Shown here in pieces: positions 9,264-18,037 of a DNA stretch of 64,000 nt. The position numbers and the translations under genes are program-made. The notes beneath the pieces are model-generated. The model saw only the letters and a program-made list of their open reading frames with translations, ran no database searches and was not told where the DNA came from. Origin of the DNA: Candidatus Limnocylindria bacterium. GTDB lineage: Bacteria > Chloroflexota > Limnocylindria > P2-11E. The stretch lies in NCBI GenBank assembly GCA_046262615.1, contig JBHEML010000004.1, positions 5,596-69,595 on the forward strand, given 5' to 3'. Each line of letters opens with the position of its first letter. Within the stretch, counting starts at the first letter, position 1.

Positions 9264-10028
9264 ATCGTCGCGTACGACGGCACGCGCTACGCCGGCTTCC
9301 AGGTCCAGCCGAACGCGCCGACCATCCAAGGGGAGCTCGAGCGGGCGCTCGGGAGCCTGTGCTCGGAGGCCGTGCGGGTCACGGGTGCTGGCAGGACGGA
9401 CGCCGGAGTCCACGCGACGGGACAGACGATCAGCTTCACGACGAGCGTCGCGCTCGACGGCGCGACGATCCGGAGGGGGGTAAACGCCCTCCTTCCCGCG
9501 GACATCGCGGTACCGGCGCTCGAACCGGCAGGGGACGGCTTCCACGCCCGGTTCTCGGCGACGGGCCGCGCATACGAATACCGGATATGGAACGGCCCCG
9601 TGCGCCGGCCACTGCAACGCCTGCACGAGCAATGGATCCCTCAGGCGCTCGACCGCGCGGCGCTAGACCTTGCGGCGGCGGCGCTGGTCGGCACACACGA
9701 CTTCGCCGCGTTCGCGGCAGGCCCAGGCGGAGTGAGGACGGTCCGGCGGGCGGAGTGGACGGGGCCCGACGACGGCGGGCTCCGGTTCGCGATAGAGGCG
9801 GACGCGTTCCTCCGCGGGATGGTCAGAGCGATCGTCGGTACATTGCTGTGGGTCGGGCGGGGGAAGATCCCGCCGGAGCGGTTCGCCGACATCCTCGGCA
9901 GCCGCGACCGCGCGCAGGCCGGGCCGAGTGCCCCGCCGGCGGGGCTCTGCCTGGTGGGGGTGCGGTATGAAGCGGGGATCGGGCCAGGCGCGCACGAAGA
10001 CGAAGAAGGAGCCGGTGACGAGGAATGA
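9264..10028 (+). CDS. truA: tRNA pseudouridine(38-40) synthase TruA (start codon unresolved)
   Basis: [18 protein letters not shown]...[14 protein letters not shown]. The frame is open from 8922, but no ATG/GTG/TTG lies near the conserved N-terminus. The coordinate given is the in-frame ATC. The true start is probably 9243-9264. Confidence 0.8.
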   Translation: MVAYDGTRYAGFQVQPNAPTIQGELERALGSLCSEAVRVTGAGRTDAGVHATGQTISFTTSVALDGATIRRGVNALLPADIAVPALEPAGDGFHARFSATGRAYEYRIWNGPVRRPLQRLHEQWIPQALDRAALDLAAAALVGTHDFAAFAAGPGGVRTVRRAEWTGPDDGGLRFAIEADAFLRGMVRAIVGTLLWVGRGKIPPERFADILGSRDRAQAGPSAPPAGLCLVGVRYEAGIGPGAHEDEEGAGDEE

Positions 10029-10471
10029 GCGGGAATAAGACGCACGCGGTGAAGGCGGGCGACATCGAGCGCGGCTGGCGCGTCGTCGACGCGGAAGGCC
10101 AGACGCTCGGACGCCTCGCCACGCGCATCGCCGTCATCCTCCGGGGCAAGCACAAGCCGACTTTCTCGATGCACCTCGACGTAGGCGACCCGGTCATCGT
10201 CGTCAACGCGTCGAAGATCAAGGTCACCGGGAAGAAGCTGACCGACAAGCAGTACATCCGCCATTCGGGTTATCCGGGTGGGCTGAAGTCCGAGACGCTG
10301 GAGCGGCTCCTCCGGCGCCGCCCCGAAGAGGTCGTGAGGCGCGCGGTACGCGGGATGCTCCCGCAGAACCGGCTGGGCGACAAGACCGCGCGCAAGCTCC
10401 ACGTCTACGCCGGGCCCGACCATCCGCACGCCGCCCAGAAGCCCGAGCGGCTCGCCGAGGAGGAACGATGA
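10025..10471 (+). CDS. rplM: 50S ribosomal protein L13
   Basis: [30 protein letters not shown]...[14 protein letters not shown] overlap with truA. Confidence 0.97.
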   Translation: MSGNKTHAVKAGDIERGWRVVDAEGQTLGRLATRIAVILRGKHKPTFSMHLDVGDPVIVVNASKIKVTGKKLTDKQYIRHSGYPGGLKSETLERLLRRRPEEVVRRAVRGMLPQNRLGDKTARKLHVYAGPDHPHAAQKPERLAEEER

Positions 10472-10863
10472 AGAGCACGCCCTACTTCCAGGGAACGGGA
10501 CGCCGGAAGACGAGCATCGCCCGCGTGCGGCTCGTTCCCGGGGAGGGCACCGTGATCGTCAACGGCAAGCCGCTCGAGGAATTCTTCGGCCGTGACGGCG
10601 CCACGGAGCTCGCCATCCAGCCCTTTGTCGTCACGAACACCGCGCGCCGTTTCAACGTCATGATCAAGGTCGAGGGGGGCGGCGTCTCGGGACAGGTCGG
10701 GGCCATCTCGCACGGGATATCGCGCGCGCTCCTCCAGGTGGACCCCGACAACCGGCCCGCGCTGCGGCGCGCCGGCCTCCTGACGCGCGACCCGCGCGCG
10801 AAGGAGCGTAAGAAGCCCGGGCTGAAGAGGGCGCGCAAGGCGCCGCAGTACACCAAGCGCTAG
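10468..10863 (+). CDS. rpsI: 30S ribosomal protein S9
   Basis: [17 protein letters not shown]...[19 protein letters not shown]...[17 protein letters not shown]. Confidence 0.97.
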   Translation: MKSTPYFQGTGRRKTSIARVRLVPGEGTVIVNGKPLEEFFGRDGATELAIQPFVVTNTARRFNVMIKVEGGGVSGQVGAISHGISRALLQVDPDNRPALRRAGLLTRDPRAKERKKPGLKRARKAPQYTKR

Positions 10864-10901
10864 GACTGCCGCGCCGCCCCAGGCAGGCGCACACTATCCC
10901 C

Positions 10902-11444
10902 ATGTCCAGCGGCCACGACTTCAACTACCGGGTCGCCCTCGCCGCCGGCCTGCGGTGCCTCGAGAGCGGCCGCCTGCGCCACGCGGAGGAGCAGTTCCGC
11001 TATCTCGTCGCCGCGTTCCCGCACGACGAGGACGGCTACCGGGGGCTCGCGAGGGTCCAGGCCCGGTCGCACGAACAAGCCGCCGCGCTCGGGACGCTGC
11101 GCGACGGCGCCGCCGCGCTCGCGAGATCGGGCCGCCGGACCGGCGCGATCGCGCTCCTGCGGGATGCGGTGCTTCTGGCGCCGCGCGACCTGCCGGCGCA
11201 CCGTCGCCTGGGCGCGGCGCTCGCCCTGGCGGGAGACATCGATGCCGCGATCGTCGAGTACCGCCGCTTCATCCGCGAGGTGGCCGCGGCCGGCGATACC
11301 GAACGCGCGACCCTCGAGGCGAGGTACGCGGCCGAGATCCTGCCCGAATCGCGGGACCTCTTCTCGCTCCATGAAGCGGCGGGCGGAACCGCGGACACGG
11401 GCGCTCGCCGCGAAGAGCTGGACCGCCTTTCGCGAACGGTGTAG
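10902..11444 (+). CDS. TPR-like helical repeat protein, function unknown
   Basis: Ala/Leu/Arg-rich helical repeats (GRLRHAEEQFRYLV..P.DEDGYRGLA; AIVEYRRFI). High GC3. Confidence 0.6.
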   Translation: MSSGHDFNYRVALAAGLRCLESGRLRHAEEQFRYLVAAFPHDEDGYRGLARVQARSHEQAAALGTLRDGAAALARSGRRTGAIALLRDAVLLAPRDLPAHRRLGAALALAGDIDAAIVEYRRFIREVAAAGDTERATLEARYAAEILPESRDLFSLHEAAGGTADTGARREELDRLSRTV

Positions 11445-11456
11445 GTCCGGCCAGGG

Positions 11457-12296
11457 GTGTTCTCGGTCGACCGCATCGGTGAGGAGATCGCGGCCCTCCT
11501 GCACGGCGGCACGTTCGGCTGGAACAACGTCCTGGACATCGCCCTTGTCGCCATCTTCGTCTACTACCTCCTGGTTCTCATCCGGGGCACCCGCGCGGTC
11601 CAGCTCCTCCTCGGGGTACTGGTGCTCGTCGGCATCTACGGCGTCGCCAAGCTCCTCGGTCTCACTCTGACCGCGCTCGTCCTCCAGGTCCTCTCGCTCT
11701 CAGCCCTCGTCGCGATCCCCGTCATCTTCCAACCCGAGCTGCGCCGCGCCCTCGGCCAGATCGGGCGGCTGGGCCCGCTCAACCGCCTGCTCGGCCCGAC
11801 GTCCGACGAGGAATTCGACGGCACCATCGAGGAGCTCGTTCGTGCGGCTCTGCTGATCAGCCGCGCCGGACATGGAGCGCTCATCGTGATCGAGCGGACG
11901 ACGGGGCTCCAGGATTACAGCGAGACCGGCGTGCCTGTTAACGGGAAGCTGACGGCGGAGCTGCTCGCGTCCATCTTCATGGTGCGCTCGCCCCTCCACG
12001 ACGGCGCCGTGATCATCCGCGGCGCGACGATCGTGGCAGCGGCGTGTCTGCTGCCGCTCGAGGAGACGCCCGAGCGCCTCTCGCACCGCTACGGAATGCG
12101 GCACCGCGCGGCGCTGAGCATCAGTGCGCAGACGGACGCCATCGTCCTCGTCGTCTCCGAAGAGACGCAGGCCATCTCCCTCGCGAGCAACGGGCGGATC
12201 ATCGGCGGACTCGACGAGGAGCGGCTGCGCCGGGTGCTGAGCTCGCTCCTGCGAAGCCGGCTCCAGCCGCTGCCGTTCCGGTCGAAGGCGTCGTAG
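11457..12296 (+). CDS. cdaA: diadenylate cyclase CdaA (c-di-AMP synthase)
   Basis: Three N-terminal TM helices plus a DAC domain: GHGALIVIER...SPLHDGAVIIRG..IVAAACLLPL...YGMRHRAALSIS..TDAIVLVVSEET. Confidence 0.92.
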   Translation: MFSVDRIGEEIAALLHGGTFGWNNVLDIALVAIFVYYLLVLIRGTRAVQLLLGVLVLVGIYGVAKLLGLTLTALVLQVLSLSALVAIPVIFQPELRRALGQIGRLGPLNRLLGPTSDEEFDGTIEELVRAALLISRAGHGALIVIERTTGLQDYSETGVPVNGKLTAELLASIFMVRSPLHDGAVIIRGATIVAAACLLPLEETPERLSHRYGMRHRAALSISAQTDAIVLVVSEETQAISLASNGRIIGGLDEERLRRVLSSLLRSRLQPLPFRSKAS

Positions 12297-12332
12297 TGCG
12301 GGCCGGGTCCGCGCGGGCCGGCCGGTAGCGCG

Positions 12333-13589
12333 ATGCGCGCCCCCACCCATCCCGCGTTCGCACTCCGGCGCTTCCGGCCCACCCGGGCGGTTCTCCGCGA
12401 TTTTCCGCTCAAGGCGGCCGCGGCCATCGTCGCCGTCGTGCTGTGGGCGGTCGTCGTGCAATCGGCGCCCCGCGAGGTCACCGTCGCGTTCGACGGCCGC
12501 GTTCCCGTGGAGCGGCCCGAGGTGCCGGCCGGTGTGGTCCTGCGCGGTCAGCTCGGCGACGTCGGCGTCAGGCTCCGCGGGCCCGAGGGCGTCGCCGACC
12601 GGGTCGCGCTCGCCGACCTCAAAGCGAGCATCGACCTCTCCGGCGTCGACCCGGCGCGGTCGGAACCGCAGGAGGCACCAGTCCGCGTCACCGCGACGGA
12701 CGCGCGGGTGAAGGTGCTGGAGGTCGTGCCGCCGACCATCGCCGTGCGGCTCGAGCGCATCACGTCCCGCCAGGTCGCCATCCAGGCTCGCCTGGGCAAC
12801 GAGCCGGCCAAGGGCACCGTCGCCGGAGAGGCGACGTTCGTCCCGGCCGAGGTGACGCTCACCGGGGCCGAGAGCGTGGTCGCGGCGGTGGCCGCCGTCT
12901 ATGCCAACGTCCGCTTCGGCGATGCCGCGGTGGACGTCATCCAGTCGGTGCAGCCGACCGCCGTCGATGCGTCGGGTCAGGTCGTCAGCGGCGTGGCCTT
13001 CGACCCCGCCGCGGTGCGCGTGTCGATCCCCGTCCTGCCGAGCGCGACGACGCGCACCGTGCCCGTCCTATGGACGGTCCGGGGCGCCGCGGCGGCCGGG
13101 TACTGGATCTCCCGGATCGCCACCGACCCGGTCGCCGTGACGCTTCAGGGATCAGCGGCGGCGCTCGGTGCGCTCGACCACGTGGAGACGGGACCCGTGG
13201 ACGTCACCGGGATCTCAGCGAACAGGACCGTGCGAGTGCCGCTCGTGCTGCCCGATGGTGTCGCCGCGCTCCGCCAGCAGGAGGCCGTGGTCTCGCTGAC
13301 GGTCGTCCCGCTCACCGGCAGCCGGCCGTTCCCCTTGGTGGCCGTGCAGGTCACGGGGCTCGGGGCCGGGCTTTCGGCCGACCTCGACCAGAGGACGGTC
13401 GAGCTGATGCTCACTGGCACCGTCGGTGCATTGGCAGGCGTCGGTGCTGAACAGGTGACCGCGACGGTCGACGCGTCCGGCAAGCCCGCGGGGACGTACG
13501 TCGTCGACGTCCAGGTGCGGGTGCCCCAGGGCGCGGCGATCCAGACCGTCCAGCCCGCCAAGGTCACCCTGACGATCAAGCCCAGGTGA
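12333..13589 (+). CDS. cdaR: CdaR (YbbR-domain) regulator of CdaA
   Basis: N-terminal TM helix followed by repeated YbbR-like beta modules. Conserved cdaA-cdaR-glmM position. Confidence 0.8.
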   Translation: MRAPTHPAFALRRFRPTRAVLRDFPLKAAAAIVAVVLWAVVVQSAPREVTVAFDGRVPVERPEVPAGVVLRGQLGDVGVRLRGPEGVADRVALADLKASIDLSGVDPARSEPQEAPVRVTATDARVKVLEVVPPTIAVRLERITSRQVAIQARLGNEPAKGTVAGEATFVPAEVTLTGAESVVAAVAAVYANVRFGDAAVDVIQSVQPTAVDASGQVVSGVAFDPAAVRVSIPVLPSATTRTVPVLWTVRGAAAAGYWISRIATDPVAVTLQGSAAALGALDHVETGPVDVTGISANRTVRVPLVLPDGVAALRQQEAVVSLTVVPLTGSRPFPLVAVQVTGLGAGLSADLDQRTVELMLTGTVGALAGVGAEQVTATVDASGKPAGTYVVDVQVRVPQGAAIQTVQPAKVTLTIKPR

Positions 13590-14920
13590 CCCGCCTCTTC
13601 GGCACCGATGGCGTGCGGGGCGTCGCCAACGTCGAGCTGACTCCCGAGCTCGCGCTGCGCCTCGGCCGCGCCGCGGGCCATGTTCTCGGCGGAGCCGCGA
13701 ACCGCGTCGTGATCGGCCGCGACACCCGCCGATCGGGACGGATGCTCGAGAGCGCGCTGGCGGCGGGGCTCTGCTCCGTCGGCTCCGAGGTCCGGCTGGT
13801 CGGCCACATCCCGACCCCCGGTCTCGCGTACCTGGCTCGCGCCCACGATTTCGTGGCGGGAGCGGTCATAAGCGCGTCGCACAACCCGGCCGCGGACAAT
13901 GGCATCAAGTTCTTCGACCATCGCGGCCTCAAGCTTCCCGACGCGCTCGAAGACCGCATCGAGGCTCTCATGACCGGCGACGACGGGCTGCCCCGTCCGA
14001 CCCGCGACGACATCGGCCTGGTGGGCGATTCCCGTGGGCTGGTGCGCGAATACGAGGACTGGCTTCTCGGGCTCGCCCCGCCTCTCGCGGGGCTGCGCGT
14101 CGTGCTCGACTGCGCGAACGGATCGACGTACCGCGTGGCTCCCGCCGTCTTCGCCCATGCCGGTGCCGAGGTCCTTACGCTCTTCGATACTCCGGACGGC
14201 GCGAACATCAACGCGGGCTGCGGCAGCACGCATCCGGCCGCGCTGCAGCGCGCGGTGGTGGAGCGGGGCGCGGCCATCGGTTTTGCCTTCGATGGCGACG
14301 GCGACAGGGTGATGACGGTCGACCACACCGGAGCGCTGCACGACGGGGACACCGTCCTCGCGATCGCCGCGCGGCACTTCGCGCGCAGCGGCCGCCTCGA
14401 TCCGCGGCTGATCGTCGGGACAGTGATGTCCAACGGCGGACTCGAGGCGACGCTGGCGCGCGACGGCATCGGCCTCGTGCGGGCGCCCGTCGGCGACCGC
14501 TACGTGTGGGAAGAGCTCGAGCGGCGCGACGCCCAGTTCGGCGGCGAGCCCTCCGGGCACGTCATCTTCCGGCGCTACGCGACGACGGGCGACGGGATCC
14601 TGACGGCGCTCGAGCTGCTGCACCTGCTGCGCGCGGAAGGCCGGAGCCTCGCCGACATGGCCGGCGAGATCGAGCGCTGGCCGCAGGTCACGCGCAACGT
14701 CGTCGCTCCCGGCCGCCGTTCGTGGCGCGAGCAGGCTGGTTTCACCGACGCGGTGACCGCGGCCGAAACGAGCCTCGGGAGCGGTGGACGGCTCGTCATC
14801 AGGGCCTCCGGCACCGAGCCTGTGCTTCGCATCATGGTCGAGGCGCGCGACGCCCGTCTGGCGGAGCGGCTCGCCGACGAGCTCGGCGCGGCCGCATCCG
14901 CCCACCTCGGACAGGCGTAG
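13586..14920 (+). CDS. glmM: phosphoglucosamine mutase
   Basis: LFGTDGVRGVAN...ISASHNPAADNGIKFF...FDGDGDR...GGEPSGH. GTGA overlap with cdaR. Confidence 0.96.
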   Translation: MTRLFGTDGVRGVANVELTPELALRLGRAAGHVLGGAANRVVIGRDTRRSGRMLESALAAGLCSVGSEVRLVGHIPTPGLAYLARAHDFVAGAVISASHNPAADNGIKFFDHRGLKLPDALEDRIEALMTGDDGLPRPTRDDIGLVGDSRGLVREYEDWLLGLAPPLAGLRVVLDCANGSTYRVAPAVFAHAGAEVLTLFDTPDGANINAGCGSTHPAALQRAVVERGAAIGFAFDGDGDRVMTVDHTGALHDGDTVLAIAARHFARSGRLDPRLIVGTVMSNGGLEATLARDGIGLVRAPVGDRYVWEELERRDAQFGGEPSGHVIFRRYATTGDGILTALELLHLLRAEGRSLADMAGEIERWPQVTRNVVAPGRRSWREQAGFTDAVTAAETSLGSGGRLVIRASGTEPVLRIMVEARDARLAERLADELGAAASAHLGQA

Positions 14921-14925
14921 CGGCC

Positions 14926-16770
14926 GTGTGCGGGATCGTCGGCTACGTCGGACCGCGGGAGGCGCTGCCCATCCTGATGTCCGGACTTCGCCACCTCGAA
15001 TACCGGGGCTACGACTCGGCGGGCGTGGCGCTCCAGCGGGACGGCGTGCTGGAGGTCCGCCGGGCCGAGGGCAAGCTCGCGAACCTGTCGGTCCTGGTCG
15101 CGCAGCAGCCGCTCGAGGGCACGACCGGCATCGGCCACACGCGCTGGGCGACGCACGGCCGCCCGACGGAGCAGAACGCCCACCCGCACGTCGATTGCGG
15201 CTCGGTGACCGCGGTCATCCACAACGGGATCATCGAGAACTTCGAGGAGCTGAAGCGCCCGCTCGAGGAAGCCGGGCACCGCTTCACGTCGGATACGGAC
15301 ACCGAGGTGGTCGTCCATCTCCTCGAGGACGAGCTCGCGCGCGGGGGAACGCTGGAGGCGGCCGCGCTCGCCGTGCTGCCCCGCCTCGAGGGTGCGGCCG
15401 CCCTTGCCTTCCTCTCCGCGTCCGACCCGGGCAAGATCGTGGCGGCCCGCATCAGCAACGCGGGCGCCGTCATCATCGGCCACGGCGAAGGCGAGAACTT
15501 CATCGCGTCCGATATCCCCGCGCTCCTCGAACACACCAGGCGCGTGACGTTCCTCGAGCAGGGCGAGCTCGTGATCGTGACGGCCGAGGGCGTGGACGTC
15601 CGAGGGTTCGACGGCGAGCCGCGGAGCCGGCCGGCGCAGACGATCGCGTGGGATCCGATCTCGGCGGCAAAGGCGGGATACAAGCACTTCATGCTGAAGG
15701 AGATCCACGAGCAGCCGCGCGCGATCTCCGACACGCTTCTCGGCCGCGTAGAGCGTGGCACCGGGCGCGTGGTCTTCGATCGCGATCTGCGCATGGACGA
15801 GGCGTACGTGAAAAGCCTCGCTCGCATCACGTTCGTCGCGTGCGGGACCGCGTTCCACGCCGCGCTCATCGGCAAGTACCTCATCGAGCGCCTCGCGCAC
15901 ATACCGTGCGACGTGGAGATCGCCTCCGAATACCGCTACCGGGAACCGGTGGTCGTGCCGGGGCAGCTGGTGATCGCCATGACGCAGTCGGGCGAGACCG
16001 TCGACACCCTCGCCGCGATGGAAGAAGCTCGCGCCCGCGGCGCGCGACTACTTACATTCGTGAACGTCGTCGGCAGCCAGGCCAGCCGGACCGCCGATGA
16101 CGTCATCTACCTGCACGCCGGCCCTGAGATCGCCGTAGCGTCGACGAAGGCGTACACGAGCATGCTCGTCGATCTCTACCTGTTCGCGTTGTACCTCGCG
16201 CAGCGCCGGGAAACGATCGGGCGCGAGGCGTCGCGCGACATGCTCGCGGAGGCGTTCCACCTGCCGACGCTCGTCGATGCGGTCCTGGGCGAGGAGCCGA
16301 AGGTCCGCGCGCTCGCGTATAAGTACCACGAGGCGCGCGACTTCCTGCACCTGGGACGCGGCGTGAATTATCCGACCGCGCTCGAGGGAGCCCTCAAGCT
16401 CAAGGAGCTCTCATACATCCACGCCGAGGGGACCGCCGCTGGTGAGATGAAGCATGGGATCAACGCGCTCATCGACCAGCACCTGCCGGTCGTCGCGATC
16501 GCGCTGCGCGGGGCGATGTACAAGAAGATGCTCTCGAACATCCAAGAGGTCCGGGCTCGCGCCGGCGTGGTCATCGCGCTCGCCCACGACGACGATACCG
16601 AGATCGCCCGGCACGCCGACGAGGTCATCCGCATCCCGCGGACGAACGAGCTGCTGTCGCCCGCGCTCGCAATCGTGCCGCTGCAGCTCCTCGCTTACCA
16701 CGTGTCGGACCGCCGCGGCAACGACGTCGACCAGCCGCGGAACCTCGCCAAATCGGTGACCGTGGAGTGA
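14926..16770 (+). CDS. glmS: glutamine--fructose-6-phosphate aminotransferase
   Basis: GTG 14926 followed by the catalytic Cys: (M)CGIVGYVG...HTRWATHG. C-terminal SIS domains, ...KSVTVE*. The track ORF from 14506 is over-extended. Confidence 0.96.
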   Translation: MCGIVGYVGPREALPILMSGLRHLEYRGYDSAGVALQRDGVLEVRRAEGKLANLSVLVAQQPLEGTTGIGHTRWATHGRPTEQNAHPHVDCGSVTAVIHNGIIENFEELKRPLEEAGHRFTSDTDTEVVVHLLEDELARGGTLEAAALAVLPRLEGAAALAFLSASDPGKIVAARISNAGAVIIGHGEGENFIASDIPALLEHTRRVTFLEQGELVIVTAEGVDVRGFDGEPRSRPAQTIAWDPISAAKAGYKHFMLKEIHEQPRAISDTLLGRVERGTGRVVFDRDLRMDEAYVKSLARITFVACGTAFHAALIGKYLIERLAHIPCDVEIASEYRYREPVVVPGQLVIAMTQSGETVDTLAAMEEARARGARLLTFVNVVGSQASRTADDVIYLHAGPEIAVASTKAYTSMLVDLYLFALYLAQRRETIGREASRDMLAEAFHLPTLVDAVLGEEPKVRALAYKYHEARDFLHLGRGVNYPTALEGALKLKELSYIHAEGTAAGEMKHGINALIDQHLPVVAIALRGAMYKKMLSNIQEVRARAGVVIALAHDDDTEIARHADEVIRIPRTNELLSPALAIVPLQLLAYHVSDRRGNDVDQPRNLAKSVTVE

Positions 16771-17153
16771 ATTCTGGTCCCGCGGCAGTGGGGATCGACA
16801 TCATCGAGACGGGGCGCATCAAAAGGGTGCTGGAGAAGCATCCTGACCGGTTCCTGCGGCGCGTGTACACCGAGTGGGAGCAGGCGTACTGCAGGCGCGA
16901 CGTGCTGCACCTCGCCGGACGGTGGGCCGCGAAGGAGGCGGTGTCGAAGGTGCTGGGTCTGGGCGTTCGCGGCGTCGGCTGGCGGGAGATCGAGATCAGG
17001 CGCACGCCGTATGGCCAGCCCACCGTGACGCTGCATGGGCGGGCGGACGCGCGCCGCCGGGCGCTGGGCCTCGCCGAGCCGCTCACCGTGAGCATCTCGC
17101 ACATCCGCGAGCTCGCGGTGGCAGTCGCGATCGGGATCGGGACCGCCGGCTGA
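16767..17153 (+). CDS. acpS: holo-[acyl-carrier-protein] synthase
   Basis: VGIDIIE..RI...RWAAKEAVSKVLG...LTVSISH. GTGA overlap with glmS. Confidence 0.9.
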   Translation: MNSGPAAVGIDIIETGRIKRVLEKHPDRFLRRVYTEWEQAYCRRDVLHLAGRWAAKEAVSKVLGLGVRGVGWREIEIRRTPYGQPTVTLHGRADARRRALGLAEPLTVSISHIRELAVAVAIGIGTAG

Positions 17154-18037
17154 ACGAGGCGTCCCCCGCCAACCTGGACATCCGCGCCGTCCGCGCGGTG
17201 CTGCGGCCGCTGCCGCCCACCTCGGGAAAGGAAGCGCGCGGCCGCGTCGTCGTCGTCGGCGGATCGCTCCGCTATCCGGGCGCGCTGCTGCTCGCATCGC
17301 GGGCCGCGAACCGGTGCGGCGCCGGGGTGGTCACCGCCGCCGCGGCGCGTTCGGTCGTCGAGGCGGCGCTCGGACTCGATCCCAACATCACCCTCTTCCC
17401 GCTGGCCGAATCGCAGCCCGGCACCGTGGCCATCGGCGCCGCCGCGCAGCTGGCGACGCTGCTTGGCGAAAAGATCCGCGCTCTACTCATCGGCCCCGGG
17501 CTCGCGCACGCGACCGGCACCGACGACTTCGTCGCGGCGGTGCTCCGCAACGCGCGCGGCGTGGCGACCGTCGTCGACGCGGACGGCCTGAACGCGCTCG
17601 CCCGCACGGAGCGCTGGCCCGCGCTGCTGCCCGCGAAGAGCGTGCTGACCCCCCACGACGGCGAGGCCGCGCGCCTGGCCGGCCGCGTCGTCCCCACGGG
17701 CGCCGCGCGCATCTCCTTCGCCGAGCGGCACGCGCGCGACTGGAAGGCCGTCGTCGTCCTCAAGGGAGCGACGACCGTCGTGACCGACGGCCGGCGAACG
17801 CTGGTGCTCGACGCGCCGAATCCCGCGCTCGGCGTCGGAGGGTCGGGGGACGTCCTCGGCGGCGCGATCGCCGCGTTCCTCGCCCGGGGCCTCGCGCCGC
17901 TGGCGGCCGCAACGGCCGCCGTGTGGGCGCACGGTCGCGCGGGGGCTCTCCTGGCGGCGGAGGTCGGCGAGAGCGGGTCGTTGGCAAGCGACATCGCGGA
18001 CGCGCTCCCACGGGCGCTTCGCGAGGTGCTGTCCTGA
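17150..18037 (+). CDS. nnrD: ADP-dependent NAD(P)H-hydrate dehydratase (YjeF_C/NnrD). Probable CTG start; first canonical start is GTG 17198.
   Basis: LPPTSGKEARGRVVVVGGS..YPGALLLA..AA.R.GAG...GSGDVLGG. N-terminal similarity extends to the CTG in the CTGA overlap with acpS. Confidence 0.85.
   Translation: MNEASPANLDIRAVRAVLRPLPPTSGKEARGRVVVVGGSLRYPGALLLASRAANRCGAGVVTAAAARSVVEAALGLDPNITLFPLAESQPGTVAIGAAAQLATLLGEKIRALLIGPGLAHATGTDDFVAAVLRNARGVATVVDADGLNALARTERWPALLPAKSVLTPHDGEAARLAGRVVPTGAARISFAERHARDWKAVVVLKGATTVVTDGRRTLVLDAPNPALGVGGSGDVLGGAIAAFLARGLAPLAAATAAVWAHGRAGALLAAEVGESGSLASDIADALPRALREVLS

Noticed and set aside
13145-14905. Long antisense ORFs. Examples: 13145-14905 (586 aa), 17272-19188 (638 aa), 25545-27092 (515 aa), 41445-43304 (619 aa), 47871-50105 (744 aa), 50438-52027 (529 aa), 58396-59964 (522 aa).
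   Set aside because: Each lies opposite a confidently identified conserved gene (glmM, nnrD/alr, glmU, rpoD, glcF-like, add, ggt). Their products are Arg/Ala/Pro/Gly-rich low-complexity sequences typical of stop-codon-poor shadow frames in ~70% GC DNA.
14506-14925. 140-codon N-terminal extension of glmS suggested by the ORF track
   Set aside because: GlmS is an Ntn amidotransferase that needs Cys directly after the initiator Met. GTG 14926 followed by TGC provides exactly that, and the extension would lie wholly inside glmM.
14921-14925. Looked for a glmS ribozyme upstream of glmS, and for T-box or L13-type leaders upstream of glyQS and rplM
   Set aside because: The gaps are 5 nt (glmM-glmS) or negative (recO/glyQS and truA/rplM overlaps). 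There is no space for a structured leader.
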